Source: Leucoraja erinacea (lineage: Eukaryota). Taken from it: 64,000 nt of DNA. Below the pieces are notes generated by a model. That model ran no database searches and was not told the origin of the DNA. It worked only from the letters and a program-made list of their open reading frames with translations. This document shows, piece by piece, positions 1-11,537 of this stretch (position 1 is the stretch's first letter; each line of letters opens with the position of its first letter). The stretch spans positions 27,652,001 to 27,716,000 of the forward strand of contig NC_073389.1 in NCBI RefSeq assembly GCF_028641065.1, given 5' to 3'. Both the position numbers and the translations under genes were made by a program.

Positions 1-226
1 GAGAGCTGGGAAGGGGAAGGGGAAGGAAGGAGAAAGCAGGGACTACCTGAAATTGGGGAAGTCAATGTTCATACCGCTGGGGTGTAAACTACCCAAGCGA
101 AATAGGTGGTGCTGTTCATCCAATTTGCGACTAACTCTGGCCATGGAGGAGGCCCAGGACAGAAAGGACGGATTCAGAATGGGAGGGGGAGTTGAAGTGT
201 TGAGCCACCGGGAGATCAGGTTGGTT
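1..226 (-). mobile_element. Penelope-like element fragment, GIY-YIG C-terminus
   Basis: Minus strand reads RKLDEQHHLFRLGSLHPSGMNIDFPNFR* (stop at 43-45), homologous to 26408-26500. Confidence 0.75.
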
Positions 227-421
227 ACATTTACAATGAAAAGATTGCGAGAACTGTAAAAGGTATAGTAACATTATATACAAATATCCTTTAGCATTTC
301 CTCATTGACTGTGTCAAAAGTGAATATTGTTGTAGGTTTATTTATGCATCATATCCACAGATGCACTAGTATCAACTAAGAGAATGTTTGATTGTAATAT
401 GTACCGACAATGGAACATTGA

Positions 422-733
422 GATGAGGCTCTCACAAGGGTCTCCTCGATATCCCGCAGCTCCGCTCTCACTCCCCCTCCCCGCTCTCGTAACAAGGAGA
501 GAGTCCCCTTTGTCCTCACCTTCCACCCCATCAGCCGTCGTATACAACATATTATCCTCCAACATTTTCACCACCTCCACAGGAATCCTACTACAGGTAC
601 TGGCCCCTTCTTCCCATCTCCACCCCTTTCTGCTTTCCGCAGAGACCGTTCCCTCCGTAACTCCCAGGTCAACTCGTCCCATCCCACCCAAACCACCCCC
701 TCCCGAGGTACTTTCCCCTGCAGCCGCAGGAGG
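422..733 (+). mobile_element. Penelope-like element fragment, RT-to-endonuclease linker
   Basis: Open frame from 422: DEALTRVSSISRSSAL...RVPFVLTFHPISRRIQHIILQHF...PPLSAFRRDRSLRNS...GTFPCSRRR; same sequence family as 26920-27110. Confidence 0.75.
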
Positions 734-1652
734 CAGGAGTGAAACCAAAAGGATAAAGAGTTGCCGACTGTGAAACGGAGGAAGGAATGTAGGTGGAGGG
801 TGAGGGGGAAGGATGAAACTGTTGCAAGGGCAGCCAGGGTTCAGGGGGGGAGGAGAGGGAAGTGAAAGGTAAGGGGGAAGGAAGGTGTTTGTGGATAAGT
901 TCCCCTAAAATAAAATTAATTGCCTAAAATAAAAAGTCAACATTTGTGATCGGTGTGAAACAAAGAGGTTTAAAGGTCTATTTCACTGTATTTGTGGTCA
1001 GCAAACATGGGTCCCTATCCAAACGTTTCCTATCCATCTTCTCCAGAGATTCTGCCTGATCCGCTGAGGTACTCCAACACTTTTTTTGTAAACCGGCATC
1101 TGCAGTTCCTTGTATCGCAGCTTCGACACTCAATTCCCTGACTGATCAAGTCCCGTATGCCAAAAGTCTTCTTCACTTGCAACGTTACTTTCAGGGAACT
1201 ATGTATTTAGACCCTCTGCTCTACAACACTCCCCGCGGCCCTACAGTTCATTGTGAAGGCTCTGTCCCGGCTTGGCTTCTCAAAATGCAACATCTCGCTC
1301 TTATCTGAATTAAACTCCATTAGCCATTCATTAATCTCTATCTATTCCCTTAACTCCCTTTCCACCCAGGATGTCATTAGTCAGCTATTAGGAAAACTCT
1401 AGGCACTAGAAATTGTTCCATCTTTTCTTTGGGGTCAGTTTGGGTCACTCTAATCCTGTTTATAGAAGTTAAAATCAGCCTGCAACTTCAATAGTGAGAT
1501 TCACAGAACGACATTGCTGGGTTTCCGTGCATAATGCAGTGCTGAGGCTAACGTTAATTTGTTGTGGCATTCCCTATTCTTGCAAATTCTCACAGCTGTC
1601 AATGTTTCACTCCTGCTATCAATACAGCCTGGACTTAAAGAGACATACCACA

Positions 1653-1965
1653 ACGGCACGGTGGCCTAGCGGTAGAGTTGCTGCTTTAAAAAGCTTACAG
1701 CGCCAGAGACCCAGGTTCGATCCTGGCTATGGGTGCTCTCTGCATGGGGTTTGTACGTTCTCCCTGTGACCGCATACGCTTGCTCTGTCATCTTTGGTTC
1801 CCTCCCACACTCCAAAGACGTACAGGTTTGTAGGTTAATTGGCTTATATAAATGTAAAATTGTCACTAGTGTGCATAGGATAGTGTTAATGTGCGGGGAT
1901 CGCTGGTCGGTGCGGACACGGTGGGCAGAAAGGCCTGTTTCCGCTCTGTATCTTTAAACTAAACT
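1653..1965 (+). mobile_element. tRNA-derived V-SINE (HE1-like), near full length
   Basis: A-box ggtggcctagcgg, B-box ggttcgatcc, central tttcctcccac..ccaaagac core, CR1-like tail gggcc.aagggcctgtttcc, (taaac)n end. More than 30 copies in the window. Confidence 0.85.
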
Positions 1966-2034
1966 GAATTCATGCAACACACAGCTACAGGGAAGTGTTG
2001 CTATCGAATGAATACTGAAACTGTTGAGAGTCCA

Positions 2035-2343
2035 GGGCAGTACGGTTCGCAGAGGTAGAGTTGATGCCTTGCAGCGCCAGAGGCCCGGTTCGAACCCGGC
2101 TACGGGTGCTGTCTGTATGGAGTTTGTACATTCTCCCCATGACCGTGTGGGTTTTCTCCGAGATCTTCGGTTTCCTCCCACATTCAAAGACGTGCAAGTT
2201 TGTAGGTTAATTGGCTTGGTATAAATGTAAAATTGTCCCTAGTGTGTGTAGGATAATGTTAATGTGCAGGGATTGCTTGTCGGTGCGGTGGGGGGGGGGG
2301 GGAAGGGCCCGTTTCCACGCTGTATCTCTAAATTAAACTAAAC
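2035..2343 (+). mobile_element. V-SINE (HE1-like)
   Basis: Same head, core and tail; tandem with 1653-1965 and a truncated copy at 2417-2700. Confidence 0.85.
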
Positions 2344-2729
2344 TCACGCAACACACAACTCCAGGAACGTGCTGCTACCGAATGAATGGATACCGCAACT
2401 GTTGCCAGTCAAATGTCTTACAGCGCCAGAAACCTGGGTTCGATCCTGACTACAGGAGCTGCCTGTAAGGAATTTGACCGAGTGGATTTCCTATGGGTGC
2501 TCCAGTATCCTCCCACATCCCAAAGACATGCCGGTTTGTAGGTTAATTGGCTTCTGTAAAATTGCCCCAAGTTGGGAGTGGATGAGAAAGCGGGATAACA
2601 TAGAATTAGTGTGAGCGGGTGTTCGATGGCCGGTGTAGACACAATGGACCGATGAGACTGTTTCCACGTTGCATCTCCAAAACTAAAAACTAATCTAAAA
2701 CGTAAAGTGTACTTAATTGTCATTGGTAC

Positions 2730-2986
2730 CTATCAACTGAGCCATCCTATCAACAACTCAAGAGCAGTTCTGAGCTACTATCTAAGTCATTGGAGACCCT
2801 CAGACTATCTTTAATCGGACTTTACTGGACTTTATCTTGCACTAAACGTTATTCCCTTTATCCTGTATCTGTCCATTGTGGATGACTCGATTGGAATCAT
2901 GTATAGTCTTTCTGCTGACTGCTTAGTAGGCAATAAAAACTTTTCACTGTACCTCAGTACACGTGACAATAAACTAAACTAAACTA
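2730..2986 (+). mobile_element. 3' UTR fragment of a Rex1/L2-like LINE family
   Basis: Tail ttttcactgtacctc.gtacacgtgacaataaactaaac. Related pieces at about 6170-6490, 19245-19595(-), 45345-45650 and 59358-59586(-), some encoding SG(K/R)RYRS...SFFP. Confidence 0.65.
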
Positions 2987-3944
2987 ATGGACAATGAAAT
3001 TATTTCCTATAGCAGGGTGACCAGAACTGAACACAATGCTACAAGTATGACCTCAGCAGCATCTTGTACAACTGTCCCATTACTGCAGTATTTCAGGCCT
3101 GTAAAAACTATACGCAGAGATAGGATAATAAACAAAAAATATCAATAAATGAATAACCGACCAGCGCACAATAACTCAAAGTCCTTGGTATTACCAAAGG
3201 CGACCATCATTCATAGTTGAGGTTAGTGTGGTATGGTGTTCAAGAGCTTGATGGTTGCTGGGAAGGAGCTGCAGTCTGAAGAAGTCTCGGCCCGAAATGT
3301 CACCTATCTATGTTCCCCAGAAATGCTGCCTGACCCGCTGAGTTACTCCAGCACTTTCTGACCTTTTGTGTATTGGACGTTATCTGCATTTCTTTGTCTC
3401 TGCACTCTGTTCTTGATCCTGGAGGTGACAGTTTTCATACTCCTGGACCTTCTTCCCGATGGCAGGAGTGAAATGAGAGCGTGGCCAGGGTGGTGTGTGT
3501 CCTTGATGATGCCTTTTTAGAGGCGGTGGGGAGGACAGGACCCGTGATGGACCGCTAATCTCCTTCGTTCCTGGTCGTTTGAATTGCCAAACCATGATTC
3601 ACCAAGTCAATATGGCTGTAGAATTTCAGTCACCCTCCAAGGTATTAGTCAAAAAATGACCTGCACTGTTTACCAAGTTAGTTATTGAAATGCAAGATGT
3701 TCTGTGCCAGTGGAAAAGGCACATCAAATACAATGATTCTTGCAAATTCTCACAGCTGTCAACGTTTAACTACTGCTATCTTTGCAGGCTGCTCTTAAAG
3801 GGACTTACCACACTCACACAACACACAGCGACAGAGAAGTGTTGCTACTGAATGATTGGATATTGCAACTGTCCAGAATCAAGTGCATTTAATTGTGGGT
3901 GCGGGATGTACCGACAACGGAACAATTAAATTCTTTCCTCGAGC

Positions 3945-4222
3945 AGCACTGTGGCACAGCGGTAGAGTTGCTGCCATTACAGCGCCAGACCCGGGTTCGA
4001 TCCTGACCACGGGTCCTGTGTGTAGGGAGTTTGTACTTTCTCCCTGTGACCGCGCAGGTTTGCTCCGGGTGCTCCGGTTTCCTCCCACACTCCAAAGACG
4101 TGCAGGTTTGTAGGTTAATCGGCTTTGGTACAGGATTGTAAATTGTAATAGGGATCGCTAGTCAGCATAGATTCGGTGGACCAAAGGGCCTGTTTCCACA
4201 CTATCGCTAAACTAAAACTAAA
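3945..4222 (+). mobile_element. V-SINE (HE1-like)
   Basis: Same family. Confidence 0.8.
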
Positions 4223-4281
4223 CCTGCTTCTAGTTCCTTTGTTCATATTGCAATTCATAACAGAGATAGAGCATTAACTCT

Positions 4282-4313
<32 letters not shown>
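4282..4313 (+). repeat. Poly-G run (32 nt)
   Basis: Direct count. Others: C28 at 32139-32166 and G30 at 43757-43786. Confidence 0.9.
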
Positions 4314-4314
<1 letters not shown>

Positions 4315-5721
4315 GCTTAATGTCTAGTGTGTAGGGAGTGGATGTGATAGTGGGGTAACATAGAACTAGTGTGAACGGGTGATGGATTGTCGGCATGGAC
4401 TCGATGGGCCGAAGGGCCTGTTTCCATGCTGTATTTCTCTGAGCTCTAAACAGGTTTTATTCTTTATCCTGTGTCTGTACACTGTGGATGGCATGATTGT
4501 AATCATGTATAGTCTTTTTGCTGACTGGAAAGCATGCAACCAAAAAAGCTTTTTCCTGTACCTCGGTATACCTGACAACAATAATAAACAAAACTTTTAC
4601 ATTCTTGTGAAGTCACTTATCTGAAATGGCAGCTCCTGCCTGCAATACAGATTGTTATAATAATACTCCTCAGTGATCAGATAGATGAGATAATGCTGGG
4701 GAAGTTTGCACTATTCAACTTTGGAAGAAGTGAACACTTTTTGAAGGGAGTAAAAGACACAAGGCAAATGAAAAGAAATTAAACTAGAGCAAGGCAAGGA
4801 AGCAAGTTCAAACTAGTAGAAGTCAGGTCCAATATTCAAGCCAGGAAACTGTCACTCAAACAATGTGTGAACAATGCTTTGTATAGAGGTCCAGGTAAAT
4901 CCAGATATAACGATCCAGGTAAACGGATGAGGAGCAGTGAATGTCCTGATTGAGAGCAGAGAAAATTTAGCAGAAGTAAGAGTTAAGAAAAACTGAATAT
5001 AATAAAAAGGATTGATGGTTTATACCCTAGAAGCTGGTTTATACCCAGATGCTGGTTCATACTCAAGATAGACACAAAATGCTGAAGTAACTCAGCGGTT
5101 CAGGCAGCATCGCTCACAAAATTGGATAGGTGGTGCTTCAGGTCGGTACCCTTCTTCAGACGTATGTTTTGATCAACATAAAATTTTATGACAGACACAG
5201 CATTCATACAATCACCCAAACACTAGTTCTATCCTACACACTAGGGACCATTTACAGAAGCCAATAAACTTACAAATCTGCACGTCCTTGGGATGTGGGA
5301 GGAAACTGGAGCACCCGGAGAAAACCCACACGGTCATAGGAAGAACGTGCAACCTCTGTACGGACAGCACCCGAGGTCAGAATCGAACGTAGGTCTCTGG
5401 CGCCGTGAGGCAGCAGTTCTACCGCTGTGCCACCTCAAACCTGATGGTCATCCTTGTATATATAACTCTGCACACAATATCAGCCAAACAGCTCAGCAAA
5501 GATTACAAGAATATTAAGGTGGTCAAAGTGAAATGATTTCGACAATTTTATTGTGCTATTTATAGTACGTGATATTTTAGTTTAGAGATATGGCATGGAA
5601 AGACAGTATTTTGTACACTTTATAGGGTCTATATAACCAGCTGTCTTTTCCTTTTTGCTACAAATAAACCGCTTATTTACAGGAAGGCATACACACAAAA
5701 CCAATGCAGTGACATTGGGCG

Positions 5722-6012
5722 TTTGGGTGGCACAGTGGTGCAGCAGTAGAGTAGCTGCTTCACAGCGCCAGAGACATGGGTTCGATCCTGACTATAAGTG
5801 CTGTCTGTGAGTTCGCCCTGTGACTGCTTGGGTTTCCCCTGGATGTTCAGGATTCCTCCCACATTACAAAGACGTACAGGTATCTAAGTTAATTCGCTTC
5901 AATAAAATTGTAATTTGTCCGTAGTGTGTAGGATGGTGCTGTGTACGAGGTGATCGCTGGTCGGCGCAGACACGGTGGGCGAAGGGCCTGTTTCCGCGCT
6001 GCATCTCTAAAG
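5722..6012 (+). mobile_element. V-SINE (HE1-like)
   Basis: Same family; an inverted copy lies at about 5215-5432. Confidence 0.8.
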
Positions 6013-7623
6013 TATCTCTCAAAATACTGAGTATAATTTAACACGCTGTGTATAGTGTTAATGCTTGGCCAACAGTGCCATACACTCGAGTTCCAAACTT
6101 TAATTTGTTTCAAATTAACTTTATTTCAAATTGTTTCAAATCAATGACTTGTCCCACCCGGTCATTCCTTCTTCTCCCCGCTCCCACCCAGCAGAAAATA
6201 CAGAAGCTTGAGAGTACACACCAACAGACTTAGGAATAACTTTTTCCCCTCTGTTATCAGGTTTCTGAATGGTCCTTCCTTAAGCTAGGGTACTGTCCGA
6301 TTCACCGCTATCCCATTGCGGGCATTGGACTTAGTCTCTGAAACTGATGCGCTACATTGCAGAGAATTATACTCTGCACTCCGTATCTTCCCCTCTGCGC
6401 TACCTACTGTACGCGAGTTTGGCTAGTTTGTACCTATGTATGGTATTATGTGATCTGTTTGGATAGCGTGCAAAACAAAGCTTTTCAGTCTACCTATTAA
6501 GATTTAATAGGAACCCGAGGGGTAACTTATCATTCAAAGGGTGGTAGGTGTATGAAAGGAGCTGCCAGAGGAGGTAATTGAGGCACGTATAATCGCAACG
6601 TTTAAGAAACATTTAGACAGGTACATGGATAAGTTGGTTTAGTGGGAAATGAGTCAAATGCAGGCAGGTGGGACTAGTGTCGGTGTAGGCAAGTTGGGCA
6701 CAAGGGCCTGTTTCCACACTGTATGATAATGACAATTATGACATTTGGATTGACATATAGATAGGAAGGGTTTAGAGGGCTATGGGCCAAATGCAAGCAA
6801 ATGGGACTAGATCCATGTGCCAAATTGGTTGGCATGAACAAGGTGGGCTGAAGGGCCTGTTTCTGCCCTGTATGGCTCCATGACAGATCACCTAATTTTG
6901 CTGCCAGTTATAGTGTCGAGATAAAACGTATGTCCTTGTACATTTTCCTCTGCATGAGAAAGCAGATAATTTCTCTGCACTTCCTAAGGTCAAATGGCTG
7001 AATCTGTAACAATTCCTCAGTGCAGCTGGCACTTAAAGATAAAGCAGGAACATTTACCAGCATGACCTACCCTAGTCCGAAACCCGAGAAAGCAAAAATT
7101 AGAGACAAAAATAGCAAGATCATTGATTGAACAAAATTCAAAACTTAACACTACGAACTCCAACTAAACTCTGACACACAAACTGTCTTTGTTGCAAAAA
7201 GGACTTTGAGCTTTCTTTTGTTTTGGACTATATATATTTTTATTTATTGAACTTTTTTTTGTTTAGCTCAATAGCACAGTGATAAAGTTGCTGCCTCACA
7301 GCCCCAGAGACCTGGGTTCAACCCTGACTGTGGGTGCTGTCTGTACGGAGTTTATACATTTTCCCTGTGGCCACGTGGGTTTTCTGTTTTTTCTGGACCA
7401 TGGGTGCTCTGGTTTCCTTACACACTCTAAAGATGTACAGGTTCATAGGCTTCAGTAAAAATTGTAAATTGTCCCTAGTGTGTAGGATGGTGCTGGTGTA
7501 CAAGGATCAGTGGTCGGCATGGACTCGGTGGACTGAAGGGCCTGCTTCTGCGCTGTAAACTAAAAAGTAAACTAATGTGTTATCTATGATTATAGTCTTA
7601 TCATATAGTATTATAGTGTTATC

Positions 7624-7657
7624 AGTCTGAAGAAGGGTTTCGGCCCGAAACGTCGCC
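7624..7657 (+). ncRNA. Putative minimal type I hammerhead ribozyme (Penelope pLTR type), core intact
   Basis: CTGAAGA(7627-33) A GGGT-TTCG-GCCC GAAA CGTC: hammerhead boxes, stem II with UUCG loop, palindromic ACGT helix III. Local stem I is only about 2 bp; activity untested. Confidence 0.6.
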
Positions 7658-8816
7658 CGCTGCACCCGCTGAGTTTCTCCAGCATTTTTGTGTACCTTCG
7701 ATCTTCCAGCATCTGCAGTTCCTTCTTGAACACTGTTATCTATGATTACTGTGTTTACAGACTTGCAATGCTGCTGCAAGTAAGAATTTCATTGTTCTAT
7801 TTAGGTACACAAGACGATAAAACACTTTTGACTCTTGGCCCTCAGCAGTGCTGCCTGATCTGCTGAGTTACTCCAACTCATTCTTTTGTAAACCAGTATT
7901 TGCAAGTCCTTGTTTCAACACACTTCAACACTTTGTGTATTTTTAGTTTAGTTTTATAGATATAGCATGGAAACAGACTGTTGGGCCCAACAAGTCTGCG
8001 CCCACCATCGATCTCCCATTCACACTAGTTCTACATTATCCCACTTTCTCATCCACTCCCTACACACTAAGGACCAATTTACAGAGACCAATTAACGTAC
8101 AAACCTGCACGTCTGGGATGTGGGAGAAAACCAGAGTATCCAGAGAAAACCTGCGCGGTCACAGGGAGAACTTGTAAACTCCACGCACAGACAGCACCCA
8201 AGGAGAAATTTATTTAGTCAGAGGGTGGTGAATCTGTGGAATTCATTGCCACAGATGGCTCTGGAGACCAAGTCATTGGATATTTTTAAAGCGGAGATTG
8301 ACAGGTTCTCGATCAGCAAGGGTGTCAAGGGCGAGAAGGCAGGAGAATGGGGTTGAGCAGGAAAGGTAGATCAGCCATGGTCGAATGGCAGAGCAGACTC
8401 GATGGGCCGAATGGCCAAATTCTCTTCCTATGTCTTATGGTCAGGATCGAACCTGGGGTGCTGTGAGGCAGCAACTCTGCCAGTTGTTTTAATACATATC
8501 CCACTTTAATACAAATCAAACTGTTGCAGGGGTGAAGTAACAATGTAGCACATGTGTACATTTGTAACAAGGAGCAGTAGTGGAGTCCCACAGGGATTGA
8601 GTGAGGCGGGAGGGAGGAAACGAGAGGAGGCAGAGGAGGGGATGTGGGGAGGAATGGAAGGAAAGAAGGAGGGAATGGGGGTGAGTGAGAGGGAGGGAGA
8701 ACGCAGGGTGAGAGGAGAGAGAGGCGGGAGGGAAGGAGAGAGCATGGGAGGGGAGGAGAGGGGAGAGAGAGAGGGAGCAAAGATCCTAGAGAGAGGTGGG
8801 AGTGAAGAAGGAGAGT

Positions 8817-8895
8817 AGGCGGGGAGAAGGTGGAGGAGGCGGAGAGAAGGTGGAGGAGGCGGAGAGAAGGTGGAGGAGGCGGAGAGAAGGTGGAG
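8817..8895 (+). repeat. 20-bp purine-rich minisatellite (ggagagaaggtggaggaggc), about 4 copies
   Basis: Direct tandem units at 8821, 8841, 8861 and 8881 (partial), inside a GA-rich tract at about 8595-8895. Confidence 0.9.
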
Positions 8896-9230
8896 ATCCG
8901 CCCGCCTCCTGCCCGCTCCCATTACCTGTCGGGCTGGCAGCGCAGCGGTTCCCAGCAAAGATCTTTGATTCCCAGCGCTGTGTGTTCCCTCCCGGCCGTC
9001 GGCGAGCGCGGCTTGTTCTCTTGGGGGAGGTTTGATTCAGGTTCAGTGTCTGCAGCGAGCGGCGGAGCGTGAGACCGCCCCATGGTGCGGGGAGCGACAC
9101 CGGGAGCCCGGGCGTGAAGCCGGGGAAGAGAGAGACTGCGAGAGGCGAGGCGAGGCCATCCCGGCGGGGACATGCGGCGCTCCGCCGCGATCCTCCTACT
9201 GCCGGCCCTGCTCTGCGGTGAGTCTGGGGG
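8895..9230 (+). promoter_or_regulatory. CpG-island promoter/5' UTR of PTGFRN (GC-rich sequence resumes at 9465-9600)
   Basis: Dense CpG and GC-box-like ccgccc/ggcgg motifs around exon 1 in an otherwise CpG-poor window; the TSS cannot be determined from sequence. Confidence 0.75.
9172..9217 (+). CDS. PTGFRN: PTGFRN exon 1, signal peptide MRRSAAILLLPALLC(G)
   Basis: ATG with G at -3 inside a CpG island; hydrophobic leader; strong donor G|GTGAGT at 9218; phase 1 matches exon 2 (G+GG). Confidence 0.85.
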
Positions 9231-9745
9231 AGAAAGGGAGGGATAGAGAAGAGGATGAGGGGGAAGGGTGAGAAGGAGGGGGGGGGGGGGGGAGAGAAGG
9301 AGGGGAAGAGGGAGGTGGAGAATGGGGAAGGAGGGTGGGAGAAAGGGAAGTAAAGAGAGTGAGAGAAGGAGGGAGAGGGAAAGAGGAAAAGAAAGCGGAG
9401 GGAGGGAGAAATTGGGAATGGGCGTGCAACTGGGGGGAGGTGGAGAGACGGTGTTGTGAGACTCCAGGCCGGCGGGCGGGCGGGTCCCAGACGCTGCACC
9501 GGGACTACTCGTCCCCGAGGTAGTTTTACCCATCGAATATACCCGTCATTATCGCTGCCCTCTTTCCCTGCTGCCGCCCCTTCGGGCAGACGGTGAGGGG
9601 GTGGGTGTCGCTAAACAAGGACCAGGGCAGTGTCATTTCATTGTTAATGTGACATCTGTGAAATCTCGGTGTGAAAGCTGCTGGTTCAATGGTACTTTAA
9701 TGTCACATGTACTGGGGTACAGTGAAATTCCTTTTTGTATATAGT

Positions 9746-11537
9746 CAGGGCTGCCGACATTGGGTGAGAGTTGAGAGTGAGAAATTGCGAGGGGGCATAG
9801 TGACCGAGAGGGACACCGCCCTCCCACAGTAGGGAGCTTTTGCATTTTCAGCTTGAAATTGTGCAATCTGGTGCATACTGTAGCGAGTCTTTTAACTTAC
9901 ACTTGAATGCAACATTTATGCTTTAATTTGGATTAAGTATGAATAAGGTTAGGCTAAATTACATTCCACAATAGAGCCAGCCTCTGACCAACAGGCGCAG
10001 CACATGAATGACTATATTCATGTATTGAAATCAGATTATAATTCATGCTGTTATGCATATATATAGAGAAAAAAACAGAAACAAGGCATGAGTCGGACTT
10101 CCATCACTGTTCTGCACAAATAAATCAATCAACCTTACCCTTTGACTATAGAAACAAGACAAAAATAATGCCACATATTCAATCGTATATGGTTCAATGA
10201 AATTAAGATATATATGGAAAACATATATATGGAAACAGGCCCTTCAGCCCACCAAGTCCACACCGACCAGCAATCTATCATACACCAGTTCCATCCTGCA
10301 CTCCAGGGACAATTTACAGAAGTCAATTAACCTACAAACCTGCACTTCTTTCGGATGTGGGAGAAACCGGAATATCCAGAGAAAACCCATGTGGTCATAG
10401 GGAGAATGTACAAATACTGTACAGACAGCACCCGTAGTCAGGATCAAATCTGGGTCTGTGGTACTGCAAGGCAGCAACTCTACCGCTGCGCCAACGTGCC
10501 ACACCATTAAATTATTTTTTCTGTAATATATTTATTATGGTGTCACGTCAATAAAGATAAACACATGATTCTGATTTCTGCCCTTAGTTGGATAATACAC
10601 ATCTCCAGTAATTGTATTTTATGGCTGGTTTTCAACCTTGTCAGTCTGAAGGTCTCGACCCGAAACATCACCCCATTCTTTCTCTCCAGAGATGCTGCCT
10701 GTCCTGCTGAGTTTTTCTAGTTTTTAGTGTCTATCTTCAGTTTAAACCAGCATCTGCAGTTCCTTCCTACACTCCTTGTTAAGCGAAACGGGTTCTATTC
10801 TCGTAATATTATTCACCTCAACTAAGTTTTTTCTTCACCTCGTTGCTGCAGAGAATACAATTCCAGTTATCAAATTTTTCTTCAAAGTGAAAAAAAAATT
10901 CCAGCCCTGCCAACATCTTCAAAAATTGCCCCTGGATCCTCTCCAGAGCAATTGTACCCTTTCTACAATGTGTCATAGTCTTACAGCATGGAAACAGGCC
11001 CTTCATCCCAACTTGTTCATGCAGATCAAGATGCCCCATCTAAGCTAGTCCCATTTATCTGCATTTGGCCCAGATCCTTTTAAACCTTGTGTGTGAATGA
11101 GAGTGTGTGTCAGTGAAGCGGCGACAATATCCGGAGTGAGCGGAGTCTTGGCGATGCCCGGGGAGCGTTTCCCTCTCCCCCCTCCCGGGCGGGCCGGCCA
11201 GCCCTGGGCAGGTTAGGGTCAGTGACCCGGGGGTCAGGCATCGGAGCGGCTCTGGAGGCGGGACTGACGCCCTCACACACTCGGTCCACTCCTGGCTCCG
11301 GGCTGGGGATAAAATTCCATGCGGTGTGGACAGAGCGGTGGACTGACACAGCAGAGCCACCGGGGGTGGGAGGTGTGAGCGGTGCCTCAGGGGGGGGGGG
11401 ATCGGTGCTGGGACCACTGCCGTGTCTCACCTACCACACCATCTGCACGGGAGAAACTACTTTCCCCCCCCCCCCCCCAAATTATCCCGCGGGCCGGTAG
11501 TTTGACAGCTCTGCTTTAAACCAAGTTGGCAGCCCTG
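9746..11537. mobile_element. Non-autonomous DNA transposon (hAT/P-like TIR) with nested SINE, Penelope and CR1 pieces
   Basis: TIR CAGGGCTGCC(G/A)AC at both ends; flanking direct repeat ATATAGT (9739-45 / 11538-44). Confidence 0.75.

Noticed and set aside
1653-1730. tRNA genes
   Set aside because: A- and B-boxes are present, but these are SINE heads that continue into the V-SINE core; no complete cloverleaf.
8325-9533. Long Pro/Ser/Leu-rich and Gly/Glu/Arg-rich ORFs near the promoter
   Set aside because: Low-complexity polypurine and GC-rich DNA lacks stop codons; no domain signature.
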